Source: a bacterium
GTDB taxonomy: Bacteria; UBA8248; JACPRG01; G963555815
Length of the DNA: 64,000 nt
Direction: 5' to 3'
Assembly: GCA_965261595.1 (NCBI GenBank)
Contig: CBDHDG010000006.1
Location: 1,664,001 to 1,728,000, forward strand
Shown: positions 1 to 9,837 of the stretch, one piece after another
Position numbering within the stretch: position 1 is the first letter of the stretch
Layout: each line of letters starts with the position of its first letter
Notes under the pieces: model-generated
Databases searched by the model: none
Seen by the model: the letters and a program-made list of their open reading frames with translations, nothing else
Told to the model about the DNA's origin: nothing
Program-made: the position numbers and the translations under genes

Positions 1-2
1 CG

Positions 3-338
3 AACGGAGCCAAGGCCCCAGGGCATCGCAGTGAGCGGGGTCGGTTCTCCTGCCAGCGCAAGCGGGAGGCGGTCCTGCGTCTTTTGCGGGGCGAGAGCCT
101 GGAGACGCTCTGCCGCGAGTTGGGCACGACAGCGGCTCGGCTTTCCGCCTGGCGCGAGGCGTTCCTTCGCGGGGGCGAGGCGGCGCTCAAAGCCCGCCCG
201 GCGGATGAGCGGGCCGAGGAGAACGCCCGGCTCAAGGCCAAGGTGGGCGAACTCACGATGGAGGGCGAGGTCCTGCGGGAGAAGATCGACCGCCTGGAGG
301 CCGGCCGCCCTTTAGCCGGCAGGAGGTGGAGGCGATGA
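3..338 (+). CDS. IS3 transposase OrfA (HTH), 5' truncated by window edge
   Basis: Frame open from base 3; RKREAVLRLLRGESLETLCRELG...WREAF HTH plus leucine-zipper-like ENARLKAKVGEL. Confidence 0.8.
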   Translation, partial: NGAKAPGHRSERGRFSCQRKREAVLRLLRGESLETLCRELGTTAARLSAWREAFLRGGEAALKARPADERAEENARLKAKVGELTMEGEVLREKIDRLEAGRPLAGRRWRR

Positions 339-1243
339 GTCAGGCCCGCTTCACCTCCACGGGCAGAGCCTACGGCCTGAAGCGGGTGTGCGCCCTTTGG
401 GGCTTGGCGCGCTCCACGGTCTACGCGCAACGGCGGCGAGAGGCGGTCCCCGTTCATGAACGCCCCACGCCCAATAAGCGCGGCCCTGTGGGCCCGTGCA
501 CCGATGCGGAACTCCTCGGCCACATCCGACAGGTCCTGGAGGACTCTCCCTTCCATGGCGAGGGCTACCGCAAGGTGTGGGCGAGGCTGCGCTTCGCGGG
601 CATCCGCACCAGCAAGGAGCGGGTGCGTCGCCTGATGCGGGAGGCGGGGCTTCAGGCCCCCCACCGGGTGGGCAAACCCCGAGGTCCCAAGGCCCACAAC
701 GGGACCATCCGCACCGAGCGGCCCGACCGAATGTGGGGCACGGACATGACGACGACGGTGACCACCGAGGAGGGGGTGGCCTCGGTGGTCGTGGCGGTGG
801 ATCACTGCTCGGTGGACTGCGTGGGGATCCATGCGGCCAAGAGCGGCAACCGCTTCGAGGCCCTGGAGCCGATCCGGCAGGGGGTCGCCGAGCGCTTCGC
901 CGGCTTGGAGGCGGACGTCGCCGAGGGGCTTAAAGTTCGTCACGACCACGGCCCCGCCTATCTGTCCGATGACTTTCAGCGGGAGATCGCCTACCTGGGC
1001 ATGACCAGTTCGCCCAGCTTCGTGCGGGCGCCCGAGGGAAATGGCTACTGTGAGTGGTTTATCCGCATCTTGAAGGAGAATCTCCTGTGGGTGCGCTCTT
1101 TCGCCACCGTAGAGGAACTGCGGTGGGCGCTGCTTGAGTTCAAGAACCTGTACAACCATCATTGGATTCTCGAGGGCTACGGCTACCGAACGCCGGCCCA
1201 GGCAAGGCAGGAAAAACTCGCTCAAGTTGCGGAGGCCGCATGA
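335..1243 (+). CDS. IS3 transposase OrfB (integrase core, DDE)
   Basis: GYRKVWARLR, WGTDMT, RHDHG, PEGNGYCEWFIRILKE motifs of rve integrase. Confidence 0.9.
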   Translation: MSQARFTSTGRAYGLKRVCALWGLARSTVYAQRRREAVPVHERPTPNKRGPVGPCTDAELLGHIRQVLEDSPFHGEGYRKVWARLRFAGIRTSKERVRRLMREAGLQAPHRVGKPRGPKAHNGTIRTERPDRMWGTDMTTTVTTEEGVASVVVAVDHCSVDCVGIHAAKSGNRFEALEPIRQGVAERFAGLEADVAEGLKVRHDHGPAYLSDDFQREIAYLGMTSSPSFVRAPEGNGYCEWFIRILKENLLWVRSFATVEELRWALLEFKNLYNHHWILEGYGYRTPAQARQEKLAQVAEAA

Positions 1244-1301
1244 GGTCGAATACCCTCACCCGAGTGTCCAATAACCCAGGGGCGGTCCACCTTAGTCGAA
1301 A

Positions 1302-1378
1302 GTAGCGCGGAGGCCTTAGCCTCCGCTGGTTTTCGATCCAGCGTGGCATTTGGGCGGAGGCTGAAGCCTCCGCGCTAC
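1302..1378. repeat. GTAG-family REP inverted doublet (REPIN-like)
   Basis: GTAGCGCGGAGGCCTTAGCCTCCGC (1302-1326) and its reverse complement with 2 mismatches (1354-1378); each unit is itself a hairpin. Confidence 0.75.
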
Positions 1379-1454
1379 ACCTTCTCGAGGTGGATTATGG
1401 GGGCGCCACACATAAATCGCAGAAACAAGTATGGTGTCCCCCTAATTACCCTAA

Positions 1455-3237
1455 TTACCCCTCCCCGGCCCCCCGATCGCCCTTTATCCCGCAAGGAGGT
1501 GCACCATGTGGGACGCCGAAACCGTGGCCGAATCCATCCCGAGCCGACTTCTCCCACTCCGCCTCCGTAGGCAAACGCTTCCCCACCGACTCGCAATAAT
1601 CCAGCGCCTGAGTCCACGTCACCCCCACCACAGGCTGGTGGTCGCCGTTGAACTTCGTGCCGTAGTCCTTCTCCGGTTTTCCGAACTTCCGGAACCGGGC
1701 GTTCGTCACCGGATACTTGTCGATGTAGAAGGCGTCCAGGTCGATGCGCCGCTGAGGGACCTCCCGATCGAACCACTCTTTCTTGACCCAACTGTCTTTC
1801 TTCTTGGCCTCCCGGTACGCCGCCTCGGCTTGTCGGGGCGTCGATCCCCGAATGAACCGGCCCGCGGGGACCCTGACCATCGCGTCCAGGCCAGTGCCGA
1901 TCTGTTGGGGGACGCCGGGCGCTACGGCTACGCGGGGAGGTTCGGACTTGCGAGAGGCCGGGCGGGTACGGAGCCCCGCCCCTACATTTTTCTTCAGGGC
2001 GGCGAGGCGCTTTTTCGTCTCCTCGATCCGTCTGCGCTTCGCTTCGAGGCTCTTCCGCTCGGCCTCCAGCCGCTCCCGCTCCAGGCGGGTCTCCTCGGCG
2101 TCGAGGTTTCGGCGCTCGGCTTCGAGCTTCGCGCGCATCCCGGCCAGGCTTTCCCTTTCGCGCGCCGCCGCTCCCCGGCCTATCCCCGGCGCGGTGAAGA
2201 CGAACTGGCCGACCCCTTCCATCTTGGCGAAGATCGGCGTCTGCTTTCCCTGGGTTATCGCCGTCACCTGCCCCTGGACGTACGCCGCAAGCTCCATCGC
2301 CGTCAGGACACCGTCCCGGGGACTCACGTCCGCCTCGCCGTCCAGGCTCTCCAGGAGCCGCCGGGTGAATAGGCCGTGCCCCGCCTCATCCCACGCCCGC
2401 TGGTCCCGGTCCCCCGCCGTGAGGACCTGACGGAGCCGGCCCCGCGTGAGGCGCGAGACGGTCTCGGCCCGGTAAGGCTTGGGGCGTCTCCCGGGCGGCC
2501 ATGAGGCCCGGGAAACAGGCGTCGATGGCGAAGAAGACGTGCTTGGCGGGGATGGCCCGGGCCATGTCGCGCACCTGGTTCATGGGAATCCCCGTCGCTA
2601 GAAGAGCCTCAACCGTCCCATCCACCGGGATGAGATACCCCATCCGCCCGCCGGACGGCAGGTCGAGCGTCGTCCCGTGGCCCGCGAAGAAGATGAACAC
2701 CCGATCGTTGGGCTTCGTGTTCAGGCGCAAGTGGTCGAAAGCCCGCCGGACGGCGAGGCCCGTGGCCCCCTCGTCCTCAAGGAGCGTGATGCGGTTTCGC
2801 GGAAAGCCGATCTTCACGAGGGCGGACACGACGGACCGGGCGTCGTTGACGGCGTAGTTGAGACGGAGGGATTGCTTCCTGTAACGGTTGATCCCGACGA
2901 CGAGCGCCCAGGAGTCGCCATAGGGCCGGGCGGCCAAGGGGGCGGAACCCGAGGGGACGACGCCGATGGATCGCTTCCCCGAGACCTCGACGAGGGACTT
3001 GAAGACCCAGCCCTCCTGTCCCGTTTCCAGAAGGACCTTGAACCAATCGCCTTGGCGGGCCTCGACGTCGAACTTCTGTCCCCGGCGGACCTTGCCGATC
3101 ACGTCATGCGTGTCGCCCGGCCCCGAGCGGACGTTGCCCCGCCCCACCTGGACGGTCAACGACTGGGCAAAAAGCGCCGAGGCGAGAAAAATCACCCCCA
3201 GAATGGAAAACCCCGCGACGCGCGGGAAGAGCTTCAC
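1455..3237 (-). pseudogene. Secreted SH3 + caspase (C14) + coiled coil + FGE-sulfatase domain protein, frameshifted and C-terminally truncated
   Basis: GTG start 3237 with signal peptide; SH3 (NVRSGPG...GWV); caspase FFAGHG/IDAC; extra C at 2481-2484 joins ORFs 2386-3444 and 1455-2327; FGE motifs FYIDKYPVTN, PVVGVTW, RLPTEAEWEKSAR, after which homology stops at ~1540. Confidence 0.8.
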
Positions 3238-3270
3238 GCCAGACCCCTCTATCCGACTATCTATCATCCT

Positions 3271-4178
3271 CGTATTTATATACTTGACACAGACGACCAC
3301 AACATGTAGGTCGCGCCCGCGTCTCGGCTGACCACAAGATGTAGGGGCATGCTTCCATCGATCCGTTTCCAGAAGATGCGCTCTATCAGATCGTTCGGTT
3401 TCATTGATCGATAAAATCCACGCGCTGAATATCGCCCTTTTCATTGAAGTGTAAAAACAACTTTTTGTTTATATGCAATGTGTTGTTGGTTTTTCCTTTT
3501 CTTCCGTACTTAAACTCAAATTCAAGACCGCCCTCAAAAACGCCGCTTCTCTTCTGCTCTATAGGATATGTAGTGATCGTCAAACCACCCCATCCCTCCT
3601 GCAGGGATGGTATAGCTATTCTTGGCATATGGCTCTTTTGTCGGGTACAACTTATCAAATGTTGAGACGACATTTACAACCTCAAATGTCACCGGGAAAA
3701 GAGCTTTGTTGTTAAACGTAGCACCAATCCGCAGTGATTTTACTACACCAGCTTTGTCGATTATTCTGTCAGTTCTCACACTATGAAAGTTAAGCATATC
3801 CGCAACTCTATTACGATACCGCCATTCGCTGAATCGCAACAATCCCATAGAGGAAACTGAAAACAGAATGACCGCTCCAACATATAGGTTGAACAACTGG
3901 ATATGTTGCGCAAAACCGATCGTGACGCCAGCCGCCGTGACCGCAATGGGCCATATCCAGCTCCGCAGTAATTCACCCGCCAAAAAGAGGGCGACTTTGC
4001 GAAGCCAATTGAGCATGATTCAGTCATTGTATGATCCCTCTTCGGTTGAGTCAAGCGCATAATTGCGAATCCAACTCCACCATGACTTGAGTTGAAGCAT
4101 GCCCCTACATCTTGTGGTCAGCCGAGACGCGGGGACGATCTACATGTTGTGGTCGTCTGCGTCAAGTACATAATTCCG
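3271..4178. mobile_element. Non-autonomous IS1595-like cassette with ~85-bp inverted termini and AT-rich cargo gene
   Basis: 3271-3357 and 4093-4178 are inverted copies with few mismatches; right tip (rc CGGAATTATGTACTTGACGCAG) matches the TIR of the IS1595 at 27646 in 18/22 positions; no transposase inside; no TSD found. Confidence 0.75.
3401..4016 (-). CDS. Hypothetical membrane-anchored cargo protein, probable frameshift near 3560
   Basis: ORF 3534-4016 has two N-terminal hydrophobic segments and continues by a 1-nt shift into ORF 3401-3673 (IEQKRSGVFEGGLEFEFKYG...). Confidence 0.6.
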
Positions 4179-4435
4179 GTTTTTTCTGTTGGGCCTGGGA
4201 TTTCATTTCTGAGGCCCGATCAGTCGGGAATCCGATTCCGCCCCTCAGTTTCACAGCGCACTTCAGACCGCTTATGTCGCCGGGGCCAAGGGGCCGCGCC
4301 GCGATCGAATCCGGCGCTTGCGCCGGTTGTCAACGCCGGGTCACCCTTCTTCCTTTCCCCTGAGAACCTGTTGTCTCATTCCGAATGCAAGGCTGGAATG
4401 AGCGGTCTCTCTCCTCTCTTTACGGCGCCTCCGGG

Positions 4436-5149
4436 CTAAAAGGTCTTCGTCTCGCCGGGTTGGAATTCGACGATCTCGAGATCGGCGATTTCCATCGTGA
4501 GCTTCTTGAATTCCTCGACGGTCCCCGTGAGCAGCGGGAACGTCCCGTAATGGCAGGGAATGACGATGCGGGCGTCCAGGAGCCTGCATGCGTACTCGGC
4601 CTCCTTCGGGTCCATCGTGAAGTGGCTTCCGATGGGCAGGATGGCCATGGTCGGACCGTAGAGCTCGTGAATGATCCGCATGTCCCCGAAAACATTCGTG
4701 TCCCCGGCGAAGTACGTTTTGAATCCGTTCTCGAACTCGACGACGTAGCCGGCGGGCTCCCCCAGATAGACCGGGTTGCCGTTCTCTTCGGCGGATGAGC
4801 TGTGTTGGGCGTGGGTCATGGTGAACTTGATCCCCCCGACCGTCTGGGTGCCGCCCTTGTTCATCCCGCTCGTGTTCTCGACGCCCTTGTTTCCCAGCCA
4901 GTTTGCAAGCTCGACCTGGGCGATGACGGTCGGTTTGTGCGCCCGGGCGATGTCCGCCGTGTCGCCGACGTGGTCGAAATGGCCGTGCGTGAGGAGGATG
5001 ATGTCGCATGTGTCCACCGTTTTGCAGTCGTCTGGGCAGGAAGGGTTCGACGTGAGCCACGGGTCCAGGTAGATGGCCTTGCCGCCGGGGGTTTGGATCT
5101 TGAAGCTGCCGTGTCCGAGCCAGGTGATCCGGAGGTTCTTGCTGGCCAT
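4436..5149 (-). CDS. Metal-dependent hydrolase, metallo-beta-lactamase fold (UPF0173-like)
   Basis: ITWLGHG, LTHGHFDH, AGDT, LPIG, IPCHYGTF motifs. Confidence 0.9.
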   Translation of the reverse strand: MASKNLRITWLGHGSFKIQTPGGKAIYLDPWLTSNPSCPDDCKTVDTCDIILLTHGHFDHVGDTADIARAHKPTVIAQVELANWLGNKGVENTSGMNKGGTQTVGGIKFTMTHAQHSSSAEENGNPVYLGEPAGYVVEFENGFKTYFAGDTNVFGDMRIIHELYGPTMAILPIGSHFTMDPKEAEYACRLLDARIVIPCHYGTFPLLTGTVEEFKKLTMEIADLEIVEFQPGETKTF

Positions 5150-5298
5150 CTCTTGGTTTCTCCTTTTTCTGCCGAGGCGTAAAAGACTTTGGGTTGTTCA
5201 AAATGTACCGGGTTGAACGGGAGACTTCAAGCTTCATCCGTCTCCCCGGTTCGGAGTCGGCGCCCTGAGGATCGGCGGGACCGCCGGCGCGCGATGGC

Positions 5299-5964
5299 TT
5301 AGGCGATAGGAATCTCTTTCAAGGAAGGAGACGTGCGGAAGGACCCCTCCGTTTTCTCGCGGACCTGCTCCTCCGTGACGCCCGGCGCCAGCTCCAACAG
5401 CACGAGTCCCTCCGGCGCGACGTCCATGACGCAAAGGTCGGTGAAGATCCGGTCCACGACTCCGGACCCGGTCAAGGGCAGGTCGCAACGGGAGACGATC
5501 TTCGGTTTGCCTTTCCTCGTCACGTGCTCCATCAGGATGAGGACCCGTTTGGCCCCCGCCACCAAGTCCATGGCCCCGCCCATTCCGGCGGCCATCTGTC
5601 CGGGGATCATCCAGTTGGCGAGGTCTCCGTTTTCCGCCACCTGCATCGCCCCCAGGATGGTCGCGTCCACGTGCCCGCCGCGGATCATCCCGAAGGCGGT
5701 CGCGCTGTCGAAGAAAGACGCGCCCGGAAGAACGGTGACGGTCTGCTTGCTGGCGTTGACAAGATCGGCGTCCTCCCCTCCCCGGCGCGGGAAGGGGCCC
5801 ATGGACAGGATGCCGTTCTCCGAGTGAAGGATGACCCGCCTGTCGGGGGGGATGAAGTTGCCGACGAGCGTCGGAATCCCGATGCCCAGGTTGATGTAGT
5901 CCCCGTCTTGAAGCTCCAGGGCCGCGCGCGCGGCAATCTGCTCCCGGCTCAGACCCAATTTCAC
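5299..5964 (-). CDS. 3-oxoacid CoA-transferase subunit B
   Basis: [12 protein letters not shown] active-site motif, GMGGAMDL. Confidence 0.92.
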   Translation of the reverse strand: MKLGLSREQIAARAALELQDGDYINLGIGIPTLVGNFIPPDRRVILHSENGILSMGPFPRRGGEDADLVNASKQTVTVLPGASFFDSATAFGMIRGGHVDATILGAMQVAENGDLANWMIPGQMAAGMGGAMDLVAGAKRVLILMEHVTRKGKPKIVSRCDLPLTGSGVVDRIFTDLCVMDVAPEGLVLLELAPGVTEEQVREKTEGSFRTSPSLKEIPIA

Positions 5965-5973
5965 GCCTCCCCT

Positions 5974-6666
5974 TTAATCCTGAACCGACAGAATCTCGAT
6001 CCGCTTTTCAAACCGTTGACCCTGAAAGATGCGCTGGACGAAGATCCCCGGCGTGTGGATCTGGTTGGGGTCCAGCTCCCCCGCCGGGACGAGCTCCTCC
6101 ACTTCGGCGATGGTGACTTTGCCCGCCATGGCGATGACGTGGTTGAAGTTCAGCGCCGTCATCCGGTAGACGAGGTTGCCCGCGGTGTCGCCTTTCCACG
6201 CTTTCACGAAGGCGAAATCCCCCGCGAGGGGTCTTTCAAGCAGGTAGGTCTCGCCGTCGAAGACCTGGGTCTCTTTTCCCTCGGCCACGATGGTGCCGAC
6301 GCCGGTCCGCGTGTAGAAGCCGCCCGTGCCCACCCCCGCCGCCCGGATGCGCTCGGCGAAGGTGCCTTGGGGCACGAACTCCACCTCGATTTCCCCCGCC
6401 AGGTACTGCCGCTCCAGCTCTTTGTTGGATCCGATCCGGCTGCATATCATCTTCCGGACCCGGCGGGCGGAAATCCATTTCCCCAGAAACCAGTCTTCCA
6501 TGCCGGCCCCGTTGCTGATGACTGTGAGGTCCTTGACGCCGGTCTCGTGGACGGCGTCGATCAACGCTTCGACGACGCCGCAAACCCCGAACCCGCCCGC
6601 CATGATGCTGGCACGGTCCTGAAGGTCGAAGATCGCTTCCGGGGCCGATTGAAAAACCTGAACCAT
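5974..6666 (-). CDS. 3-oxoacid CoA-transferase subunit A
   Basis: GGFG, PQGTFAERIRAAG, GDTAGNL, IHTPGIFV; adjacent to subunit B. Confidence 0.92.
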   Translation of the reverse strand: MVQVFQSAPEAIFDLQDRASIMAGGFGVCGVVEALIDAVHETGVKDLTVISNGAGMEDWFLGKWISARRVRKMICSRIGSNKELERQYLAGEIEVEFVPQGTFAERIRAAGVGTGGFYTRTGVGTIVAEGKETQVFDGETYLLERPLAGDFAFVKAWKGDTAGNLVYRMTALNFNHVIAMAGKVTIAEVEELVPAGELDPNQIHTPGIFVQRIFQGQRFEKRIEILSVQD

Positions 6667-6890
6667 GGATCACTCCTCGATTGAGATTCACGGAACCGCC
6701 TGGAACGCGGCTATTCTAGCAGATGCGCGGCGCCCGTCCGGTGAAAATTCCGCGCTGCCGGCCCGGACGAGGCCGGATGGTTCGATCCTCCCCGCCGGAA
6801 TGAAGTAGAGTGAACCGTGGCCGGAACGCGGAGAAAGTCCGGCGCCGCAATGAGGAAAAACGAGACCCGAGGGGGAGGGGGGGTGAACCC

Positions 6891-8255
6891 ATGGTCCGTT
6901 CCCTGGCCATCCGGGGGGCGACGCTTGTGACGATGGACCCGGAGATCGGGGTCATCGACGAAGGTCTCCTCGTCCTGGAGGGCGATCGAATACGGGAAGT
7001 GATGCCGGACCCCGGCCGCGACCCGGACGCCGACGAGGTGATCGATGGACGCGGACGGATTGTCCTGCCGGGGCTGGTGAACGCGCACGTTCATACCCGG
7101 CCCGCTCGCGCCCTGGGCGACGGCCTTCCGGTTCCCGAGTGGCACGTCCGGTACGCCGACGGCGTGAGCCGCCTGATCGACGACGAAGATTCCCGCATCG
7201 GCGCGCGCCTGGCTTTCGGTGAATGCCTCTTGGCGGGCTACACTTCGGCGCTGGCCATGCCGGTCAAGCCCCAGGGGTGCTTCCGGGGGGCGGTCGAGGT
7301 GGGCATCCGCGCGTGCATCGCCCCGCACGCGGCCGACAACCCCGATTTTGCCGGCACGAGCGACACCTTCGAGGACAACCTCGCCCTGATCCGGGATTGC
7401 GGGACCTCCGCAGATGGACGGGTTCAATCCTGGCTGGGCTACGACAACCTGTCGGGATCGAGCGACCGGCTGCTCCGGGCTTTGCGGCGGGAGGCCGATG
7501 CCACGGGCCGGCGCATCCACGGCCACCTCTGTGAACATCGGGGGGAGGTGACCTACGGCGCCGGGCGGTGGGGCAAGCGGCCCCCTCGGGCCCTTCACGA
7601 TCTGGGTCTTCTCGGCCCCGACTTCGTCGCGGCGCATTGCGTCTGGTTCGACCGGGAGGATATCGACCTGTTCGCCCGGACCGGCGGCCACGCTGTCCAT
7701 AACCCCATCAGCAACCTGAGATTCGCGAACGGGGCATCGCCCGTGCCTTCGCTCCTTGAAGCCGGCGTTACGGTGGCCCTCGGAACGGACGGCATGCTTT
7801 CGACCTACCGGCTGGACCCCTTCGAGACGATGCGCCATGCCCTGACGCTTCACAGGTTCGTGGCCGGGGACGCGGCCGCCCTTTCCACCGGGAAGGCCCT
7901 GGAGATGGCGACGATTCACGGGGCGCGCGCCTTGGGGATCGACGCCGGAAGGCTGGTCCCGGGCCTGAAGGCCGATGTGACCGTGCTGGACGCGAGGCGC
8001 CTCCACCTGACGCCCAGGGTCCGCGGGACGCACGATAACCTGATGGCGCTCCTCGTCTGGTCGGCCGCGGCCGCCGACGTCGAGACCGTCATCGTGGACG
8101 GACGGCCGGCCGTGCGGGAGGGAAAGCTCGTCCAAGTGGACGGCGGCGCGGTTCGCGCGGAGGCCCAAAAGACCGCCGAGCGCATCCTCGACCGTCTGGA
8201 CACATCCGAGTCCGCGGCCGCCCTCGAGGCCCGGAGGGGAGGTTCGGGTCCCTGA
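6891..8255 (+). CDS. Amidohydrolase (MTA/SAH deaminase-like family)
   Basis: PGLVNAHVH, IHGHLCE, AAHCV, HNPISN, LGTDG. Confidence 0.88.
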   Translation: MVRSLAIRGATLVTMDPEIGVIDEGLLVLEGDRIREVMPDPGRDPDADEVIDGRGRIVLPGLVNAHVHTRPARALGDGLPVPEWHVRYADGVSRLIDDEDSRIGARLAFGECLLAGYTSALAMPVKPQGCFRGAVEVGIRACIAPHAADNPDFAGTSDTFEDNLALIRDCGTSADGRVQSWLGYDNLSGSSDRLLRALRREADATGRRIHGHLCEHRGEVTYGAGRWGKRPPRALHDLGLLGPDFVAAHCVWFDREDIDLFARTGGHAVHNPISNLRFANGASPVPSLLEAGVTVALGTDGMLSTYRLDPFETMRHALTLHRFVAGDAAALSTGKALEMATIHGARALGIDAGRLVPGLKADVTVLDARRLHLTPRVRGTHDNLMALLVWSAAAADVETVIVDGRPAVREGKLVQVDGGAVRAEAQKTAERILDRLDTSESAAALEARRGGSGP

Positions 8256-8414
8256 GACTCCCGGCGAGTCGGCAAAGGCAGGCGTTGAACCGGCGAAGCC
8301 CCCTTTCTCCGATCTCCGTGTAGACCCTGAGTTCCGTTGGGGTGCGGGATTTCAATTCTCACGCTGGGTTCTGTCCTGGCCGCCGGAGTCAACCTTCTTC
8401 CGGAAGGAAAACCG

Positions 8415-9650
8415 ATGCACGAAAGCATAGCCCCCGAATACAGAATCGATTTCCACGATTTCCCCGGGGAGGAATATGACCTTCGTTGGGGACGCGCGCG
8501 GGACCTGATGGCTGAGCAGGGCCTGGATGGTCTCATGGTCACGGGGGATTTCTGCTCGGCCATGAACTACCGCTACTTCACCGGCCACCTGCCGCGGGAC
8601 TATCAGCAGAACCATTCCCGTCCGCACATCTTCCTGCTGCCGCGGGAGGGCGATCCCGTCCTCGTTGCGGTTTCCTTGAGCGCGGGGGACGCCCCAAGGT
8701 CCACCTGGATTGATGACATCCGGGTGTACCATGAGCCTCTGCCCCTGGAGGTCGTCCAGAAGGCCGTTGTAGACGCCGGCCTTGGCGAGGGGCGGATCGG
8801 GGCGGAGTTGGGACTGGATCAGCGGCTGATGATGCCCCAGTTGACATTCGAGGCATTGCGGGATTCCCTTCCCCGGGCCGCCTTCGTGGACGCCTCTTCC
8901 CTGCTGCTGAGAATGCGGGCCATCAAGTCGCCTCGCGAGATCGAGCGAATCAAGGAGACGGCCCGGATTTTCAGCGGCGCCATCGAGGCCTGTTTCCGGT
9001 CCCTGGAGGAGGGGATGACCGAGGAGGATGTGAGCCGGCGCCTCGTCCACCTCATCGTCGACGGCGGGGCCTTTCGTCCACCCCTGTACCAGAACATCGT
9101 CATCACCTCGGGCGGGGACTGGGGGCTTAAATTTCTCCCCCCGACGAAGAAACCCCTCCGCCGCGGCGACCTGATCTTCATGGACGCCGGCTGTGTCTAT
9201 CGGGGCTACTGGAATGAGTACAACCGGATGGGCGTCGTGGGAGCGCCCGACGGCCGGGCGCTGGAGAACTACCGGATCGTGAGGGAGGTCGTGGATCGCA
9301 CCGTCGCGGCGATGAAGCCCGGCGTGCGGGTGTCCGAGGTCCTGAAGGAGACCGTCGCCGCCTACCGCGATCTGGGTGTTCCGGACGAAAAGCGCCCCGT
9401 CTACGAACGGGCGCCTTACGCCCACATCGGTCACGGCGTGGGTCTGAGCGGGAGCGAGCGGCCCTTCCTCCAGATGGATAACGACGACCCCCTGGAGGTG
9501 GGGATGTATTTCTCAGTGGAGGCCTATCTCACGGATCGGGAGAAGTTCGGCGACGAGCAAACCGTGATCATCACCGAAGGCGGACCCGATGTCATTTCCA
9601 CGGCCTCGCGCGAGCTTTACGTCATCAAGACCCGGGGGGAGGGGGATTAA
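8415..9650 (+). CDS. M24 family (Xaa-Pro peptidase/creatinase-like) hydrolase
   Basis: RAIKSPREIE, DAGCVYRGY, HIGHGVGL, SVEA. Confidence 0.85.
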   Translation: MHESIAPEYRIDFHDFPGEEYDLRWGRARDLMAEQGLDGLMVTGDFCSAMNYRYFTGHLPRDYQQNHSRPHIFLLPREGDPVLVAVSLSAGDAPRSTWIDDIRVYHEPLPLEVVQKAVVDAGLGEGRIGAELGLDQRLMMPQLTFEALRDSLPRAAFVDASSLLLRMRAIKSPREIERIKETARIFSGAIEACFRSLEEGMTEEDVSRRLVHLIVDGGAFRPPLYQNIVITSGGDWGLKFLPPTKKPLRRGDLIFMDAGCVYRGYWNEYNRMGVVGAPDGRALENYRIVREVVDRTVAAMKPGVRVSEVLKETVAAYRDLGVPDEKRPVYERAPYAHIGHGVGLSGSERPFLQMDNDDPLEVGMYFSVEAYLTDREKFGDEQTVIITEGGPDVISTASRELYVIKTRGEGD

Positions 9651-9662
9651 CGCGGAGGCTGA

Positions 9663-9676
9663 GGGTCAACCGACCC
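9663..9676. repeat. Dispersed short palindrome GGGTCAACCGACCC (also at ~41847 and, inverted, ~44935)
   Basis: Three exact intergenic copies of a 14-nt hairpin. Confidence 0.55.
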
Positions 9677-9837
9677 GCGCAACACCGCTTTCGCGATTGG
9701 GTGGACCCTCCATTGGAATTCGACCCCGCCGCCGCCCCTTGGAACGAACGGTTGATGAGAATTTTGCGTTGGACGGGCGGGCGGCATGGTTTGTGTCCGC
9801 TATCCGCGGGACTTAGCCTGATCGGGATGTCGGCGCA

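Larger units (their letters stand above)
1..1289 (+). mobile_element. IS3-family insertion sequence, left end outside window
   Basis: orfA/orfB arrangement with ATGA overlap at 335-338; DDE integrase ORF; candidate right end TGTCCAATAACCCAGGGGCGGTCCA ending in CA at 1289 (partner end not visible). Confidence 0.85.

Noticed and set aside
1455..2327. Diversity-generating retroelement targeting the FGE domain
   Set aside because: No reverse transcriptase or adenine-variable repeat pair in the window, and the C-terminal variable region is missing
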